From the NCBI GenBank assembly GCA_964016885.1, contig OZ024749.1, forward strand, positions 31,558,001-31,622,000: DNA of 64,000 nucleotides. The letters run 5' to 3'. Source of the stretch: Eledone cirrhosa. Its lineage: Eukaryota. Positions 57,144 to 64,000 of this stretch are shown here, piece after piece (position 1 is the first letter of the stretch; each line of letters starts with the position of its first letter). The notes under the pieces are model-generated. The model had not been told where the DNA came from. It ran no database searches and was given only the letters and a program-made list of their open reading frames with translations. The position numbers and the translations under genes are program-made.

Positions 57144-58012
57144 GGTTCATAAGAGTATTTTCGTCAGCTTGTGTAGGAATGATGATAGAGCTGTGAAATC
57201 AAACATGCATTAATTTCAACTTTTTTTTTTTATTAATAACTGCATCGTTTCTTTCCCAAGACTTTGTTAAAAAATAAACCCCATTTCGTCATTCCACGAG
57301 AGTATCTTAGTCAGCCTATGAAGTTTTCAGCCGACCCTCGTAAACACATTATAACCACTAAAGCATAATTCATTTCAACTTTTCTGTGGATTGGCAGTAT
57401 CGGTAGAGGATCGGACGCCATGCTTTGCAGCATAGAGTTACGGCCCTTTATGATCTGAGTTCAAATCCTGCCGAGGTTAACTTTGCCTTTCATCCTTACG
57501 GGGTCGATAAAATATAGTACCAGTCATACACTGAGGTGGATTAAATCGACTTTCCCCTCCCCCCAAAATGGTTGACCTTGTGCCTATATAAGAAACCATT
57601 AATAACTGCATCGTTTCTCTCCAAGGACTATGTTGAAAAATAAACCTCATTTGAAGGCATCTTGATCAGCCTATGAAGTTTTCAGCCGACCCTCGTAAAC
57701 CCTTTGTAGCCACTAAAACATAATTGTTTCTACTTTTGGCACAAGGCCAGCAATAACCCAGTGCATTACTGGTACTTTATTTTATCGACCCCGTAAGGAT
57801 GAAAGGCAAAGTTAACCTCGGCGGGATTTGAACTCAGAATAGCAAGGGCCGTAACTCTATGCATCACACATTGTAGGGAAAGCCAAATGCATTTTATACC
57901 AAGGGCCTGAATCTGTATATGGATGTTAACGAATGTTAGGAGCGAAATCTCCAGAACTAAATAACCAAGACATAAAATATTTACATCTTCACTATAACTA
58001 TCAAGTCACAAG

Positions 58013-58049
<37 letters not shown>

Positions 58050-59208
58050 GTAATCTGAGATTTTCGAATATTAATAATTGTTTCTACGTTAGGCACAAGG
58101 CCAGCAATTACCCAGTGTATTACTGGTACTTTATTTTATCGACCTCGTAAGGATGAAAGGCAAAGTTAACCTCGGCGGAATTTGAACTCAGAACAACAAG
58201 GGCCGTAACTCTATGCGTCAAAGCATGGCGTCCGACCCTCTACCGATACTGCCAATTCACCAATAACCTCCATTACTGTTTAACGAATCCACGTACTCCT
58301 AGGTGGCGCTTTTAAGTTATAGGCACGGTAGTTAGACTGGAATCTGTTAACAAGATGTCTTCTCTTCAACAAAATATTTCAGACACAATTGATTCTCATA
58401 AATATATATAGTATACAATGATAGTTTTTAACGTGGGTGTTGGGTGGGGAATGGAGCCCATGTTTCTGTGTGGGAAAAATGCATTGTAGCGGAAACATTA
58501 ATGGTGCGTATATAAGTATGTCTATGTGTATGTGTGTGTATATGTATATATGTGTGTATGTGTATATATGTGTGCGTGTATATGTATGTGTGTTGATATG
58601 TGTGTGTATATATATATATGTGTATGTGTATCTGTGTGTGTGTGTATATGTATGTGTATGTGTATATATGTGTGTGTGTATATGTATATGTATGTGTACG
58701 TGTATATGTGTGTGTGTATATATATATGTGTGTATGTGTATATGTGTGTGTATATATGTATGTACGTGTGGATATATATGTGTATGTGTATCCCTGTATG
58801 TGTGTATATGTATGTGTATGTGTATATGTGCGTGTATATGTGAAAGGGCAAGTATGGGTGAATGTGATGGGTTTTGTCAAATGAATCTATTGCTGTACTT
58901 GAACGATGCTTATTATATCGACCGGGTCCCGCCCTCCTATCATCCAACCCAACACACGGAGTGAATGAACGGCAAAAGTCGAAATCGGCGGCGAGATTTG
59001 AACACAGAACCAGAAAAAGATGTTATCTGAATGTAGAAAGTCATCGAATTCGGACGCTTCACTGATTTTGTCGCTCCATTGCCTCCGTATAAATAATGCT
59101 AGTAGTGTTATATAATAGAAACTGTCTTCCACCTCATCCTCTATCACCCTCATTCTCTGTCACACTGCTTCATCACACATAGCATTCGGCCATTTCTTCC
59201 AATACCCC

Positions 59209-59278
<70 letters not shown>

Positions 59279-59394
59279 TCTCTGTCTTTCTCTCTTCCTC
59301 CCTGCCTTCTTTCTCTCTCGCTCTCTCTTATTATTTATCTCTCTCTCTCTCTCTCCTTTCTCTCTCCATCTCCCTCATTCTTTATCTCTCTCAT

Positions 59395-59460
<66 letters not shown>

Positions 59461-59482
59461 TCTCTCTCTCTCTCCCTCTCTT

Positions 59483-59520
<38 letters not shown>

Positions 59521-59827
59521 TCTCTGTCTTTCTCTCTTCCTCCCTGCCTTCTTTCTCTCTCGCTCTCTCTTATTATTTATCTCTAACTCTCATTTCTCTC
59601 TCCATCTCCCTCATTCTTTATCTCTCTCATTCTCACTTCCTCTTTCTCTCTCTTTCTATATCGCCCTCTCTGTTTCTTTCTCTCTGTCTGTCTCCCTCTC
59701 TATCTATCTCTCACTCATTCTCTCCCTCTCTTTCTCTCTATCTCTCTCTCGTTCATTCTCTCTTTATTTCTCTCTTCACTGTTTAACTTGCTATATTTCT
59801 ACCATCTTCGATAGGAAAGCTTTATCG

Positions 59828-59872
<45 letters not shown>

Positions 59873-60162
59873 CAACCACCACCATCATCATCATCAACAA
59901 CAACAACAACAATAACAACATTAAGAGATGTAACCCAAGGAGTAAGAACATTAACAAATGAAAAAATAAAAAAAAAGATTACAACTGACAACAACAACAA
60001 CAACAACAACAAAAACAACAACAATAACAACAACAGTCACCAACGACAACAACAACACCAACAGCAACACCTAATCGTGTGTCCTGTTTGTGTTGGTCTA
60101 TTTTACTGTATAATATATCCTGAATTGGTTTAATGCGATAACATCGATCTTACAACCCTGAG

Positions 60163-60206
<44 letters not shown>

Positions 60207-60255
60207 CTGATTGAGAGAGAGAGAGTGCGACAGATAGGTAGGTAGGTATATAAAT

Positions 60256-60323
<68 letters not shown>

Positions 60324-61249
60324 CAAGGTAGGTAGTTAGATTGAAAGATAACCGGTGTAAACATAACCGGTGTAGGGAGAGAGAAAGAGAGATAAATGAG
60401 AGAGAGAAGTGAGAGGGAGACATATTATAGAGTAAGAGAAAGAGAGAAGAGTGAGGTAGGTAGATCGAAGAGGTAAAGTGATCGGAGAATAAGAGAGATC
60501 GAAGAAGAAGAAGAAGAAGAAGAAGAAGAAGAAGAAGAAGAAGAAGAAGAAGAAGAAGAAGAAGAAGAAGAAGAAGAAGAAGAAGAAGAAGAAGAAGAAG
60601 AAGAGAGAGAAGTGCGAGGGAGTGAAGATAGATCGAAGAGGAAGAGGGTGAGGGTTAGAGAAGCGGAAGAGGTAAAGAGATCGAAGAGGAAGGGGGGGAT
60701 GCTTACAAAAACGAATGTTATTTCTGTTATTTGCCTTGTCGAAATACACAATAAATAACAACAACAACAAAAACAACAACAAAAACAACAACAACAACAA
60801 CAACAACAATAATAATAATAATAACAACAACAACAACAATAACAACAATTACAATAACGCAAAGAAACAAACCAACAAATGTAATATAAAAAAAAAGAAG
60901 TAGAAGGGATATAGAAGTGCCCGGAGTGTGATAAATTCACAATGATTCGTTGTTAAAGATTTGCTTGTTTGAAGCTATGAGAAAATTTCATGAGCCAGCG
61001 TCTGGCAAGATTTTGACCGAACTATAAAGTATTATCAAAAATTGATGTGCATAAATATAGGAGAGGGTCCATCTCAATTGACTTTATTCCCACCCAAAAC
61101 CCTCTATACAGTATAGTTTGACTCTCTTTCCTTCTCTATCTCAATCTCTCTCTATCTCTCTCTCTTTCTTTCTTTCTTTCATTCTTTCTTTCTTATAGAT
61201 AGACTAACACACACAAATACATACTCACACACACATATATATATGAATG

Positions 61250-61291
<42 letters not shown>

Positions 61292-61415
61292 GTTGTGTGT
61301 GTGTGTGTGTATGAATGTATAGATATAGATATATATATGTATATATATACATATATATATAGAGAGAGATATGTATGTATACATATGTATATATACGTGT
61401 GCGTGTATTTATGTT

Positions 61416-61453
<38 letters not shown>

Positions 61454-61463
61454 CGTATGTATG

Positions 61464-61504
<41 letters not shown>

Positions 61505-61607
61505 ATATATATATACATATGTATTATATATATATATATATACATATGTATATATATATGTGTGTGTGCGTGTATTTATGTTTATATATATATATATATA
61601 TATATAT

Positions 61608-61650
<43 letters not shown>

Positions 61651-62136
61651 GAGAGAGAGAGAGAAAGACAGACAGATACACACACACGCACACATACAGG
61701 ACATACGTACATATATAATAATAATAATAATAATAATATGGTCACACACATACAGATGCTTTTTCCATTCTGCCGCTTGCTAAGTCTTTAGGAATAAATG
61801 GTCTTAGTTTATACGTGCGTAATGTAATGGGTGTGTTCTTTGTTATTGAGTGTTTTCAATGTCACACACACACACACACACACATTTATAGACACAAACA
61901 CATACACACATTTATAGACACAAACACATACACACCATCACACACTGTACAGACAATATCTCTCTGTTACACTCTATATCTATCTATATCTGTCCTTCTA
62001 GATCTTCTCTGTGTATACGTATGACATATATAGTTGTATGGCTGAGGGGATTTCAATGTCACATACTTTTTCTCCATCACTTAAACCACAAAGTTATTTG
62101 CCACTTTAAAATGCCTCAATGTGTGTTGTATGTATG

Positions 62137-63195
<1,059 letters not shown>

Positions 63196-63249
63196 TAATT
63201 TCTGTATGCTCTTGCTTGCGTGTGGCGTGTGTAAGCACGTATGAGTTAC

Positions 63250-63262
63250 CTCCCGTCGGCAT
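63250..63262 (-). CDS. dsf: Putative coding exon 1 of NR2E nuclear receptor (MPTG-G)
   Basis: Minus strand ATG CCG ACG GGA G|gtaact. The phase-1 donor joins exon 2 (GC GAT) to give [13 protein letters not shown], resembling the very short N-terminus of dsf-type receptors. Short exon, so less certain. Confidence 0.7.
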
Positions 63263-63538
63263 GACAATTTAGAAGCAATACTTAAATATACAACTGGACC
63301 GTTTTGCTATAGGCGAGAGATAAACGTTCTGAAGAGTTACATAGAAAATATGTCTGCGCTGACTGGCTGACTCTCTGACTCTCTGACTTGCTGCTTGAAT
63401 AGTTCGATGGATGGATAGATCGATCGATCTGTGACTGTGTGTGGGAGTGTGTCGGTGGTGGAAGGAGTGAGTGGATGTACTGGTGGGGGAGAAGGAGAAG
63501 CAGGAGGAGGAGGGAAGAAGAAGGAGGAGGAAGAGAAG

Positions 63539-63576
63539 GAAGTGGTTGTTTGATTCATCTGTGGTTACGTCTTATA
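63539..63576 (-). promoter_or_regulatory. Candidate TATA box and initiator for the nuclear receptor gene
   Basis: Minus-strand TATAAG at 63576-63571 and a YYANWYY match (CCACTTC, A at 63543) about 33 nt downstream. It lies about 280 nt upstream of the putative ATG in non-repetitive sequence. Motif match only. Confidence 0.3.
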
Positions 63577-63637
63577 AAACTAACCTGAAGCAATTAATTT
63601 AGTGAGCGGACATTGCTATTGCGTTGGTGGCGGCGGT

Positions 63638-64000
63638 GTTGGTGGTTATGTTGTGGTTATGTTGGTGGTGGTGGTGGTGGTGGTGGTGGTGGTTATGTTG
63701 TGGTTATGTTGTTGGTGGTGGTGGTGGTTATGTTGGTGGTGGTGGTGGTGGTGGTGGTGGTTATGTTGTGGTTATGTTGGTGGTGGTGGTGGTGGTGGTG
63801 GTTATGTTGTGGTTATGTTGGTGGTGGTGGTGGTGGTGGTTATGTTGTGGTTATGTTGGTGGTGGTGGTGGTGGTGGTTATGTTGTGGTTATGTTGTGGT
63901 TATGTTGGTGGTGGTGGTGGTGGTTATGTTGTGGTTATGTTGGTGGTGGGGGTGGTGGTTATGTTGTGGTTATGTTGGTGGTGGTGGTGGTGGTGGCGGT
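63638..64000. repeat. (GGT)n / GTGGTTATGTT compound repeat running off the window end
   Basis: Directly visible. Confidence 0.92.

Noticed and set aside
63329-63360. CTGAAGA...GAAA near exon 1, and similar cores at about 18090-18112, 25790-25890, 39125 and 40335
   Set aside because: No convincing stem I/II pairing or no GAAA/UH, so not counted as ribozymes.
63337-63558. 73-aa minus-strand ORF as a longer N-terminus of the receptor
   Set aside because: Ends in TAA 75 nt before the MPTGG start and is low-complexity; more likely 5' UTR or promoter.

Overview
AT-rich, microsatellite-saturated animal genomic DNA; the repeat landscape suggests an octopod cephalopod (inference). It holds one six-exon minus-strand gene, CDS join 63250-63262, 53186-53266, 42355-42516, 40906-41279, 25402-25654, 22693-22940 (1131 nt, 376 aa, all GT-AG and phase-consistent). 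The product is an NR2E nuclear receptor whose DNA-binding domain matches the dissatisfaction (dsf) type. The rest is transposable elements and simple repeats: a degenerate DD36E Tc1 element, about 17 tRNA-SINE copies, and Tx1/L1, R4/Dong, RTE and CR1-like LINE fragments. The main hidden signal is about 14 type I hammerhead-ribozyme folds from about 9 unrelated sequence families. They sit in short non-coding elements inserted in (TA)n, often as asymmetric fold-back palindromes resembling Penelope-like pLTRs, and several are in the sense orientation of the dsf pre-mRNA. Two gene-linked oddities also stand out: an in-frame 33-bp duplication of the splice donor inside the P-box, and a 94-bp inverted repeat bracketing exactly the two DBD exons. 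Almost all IYIY/HTHT/CVCV ORFs are microsatellite artefacts. All structures were read by eye; nothing was computed or searched.
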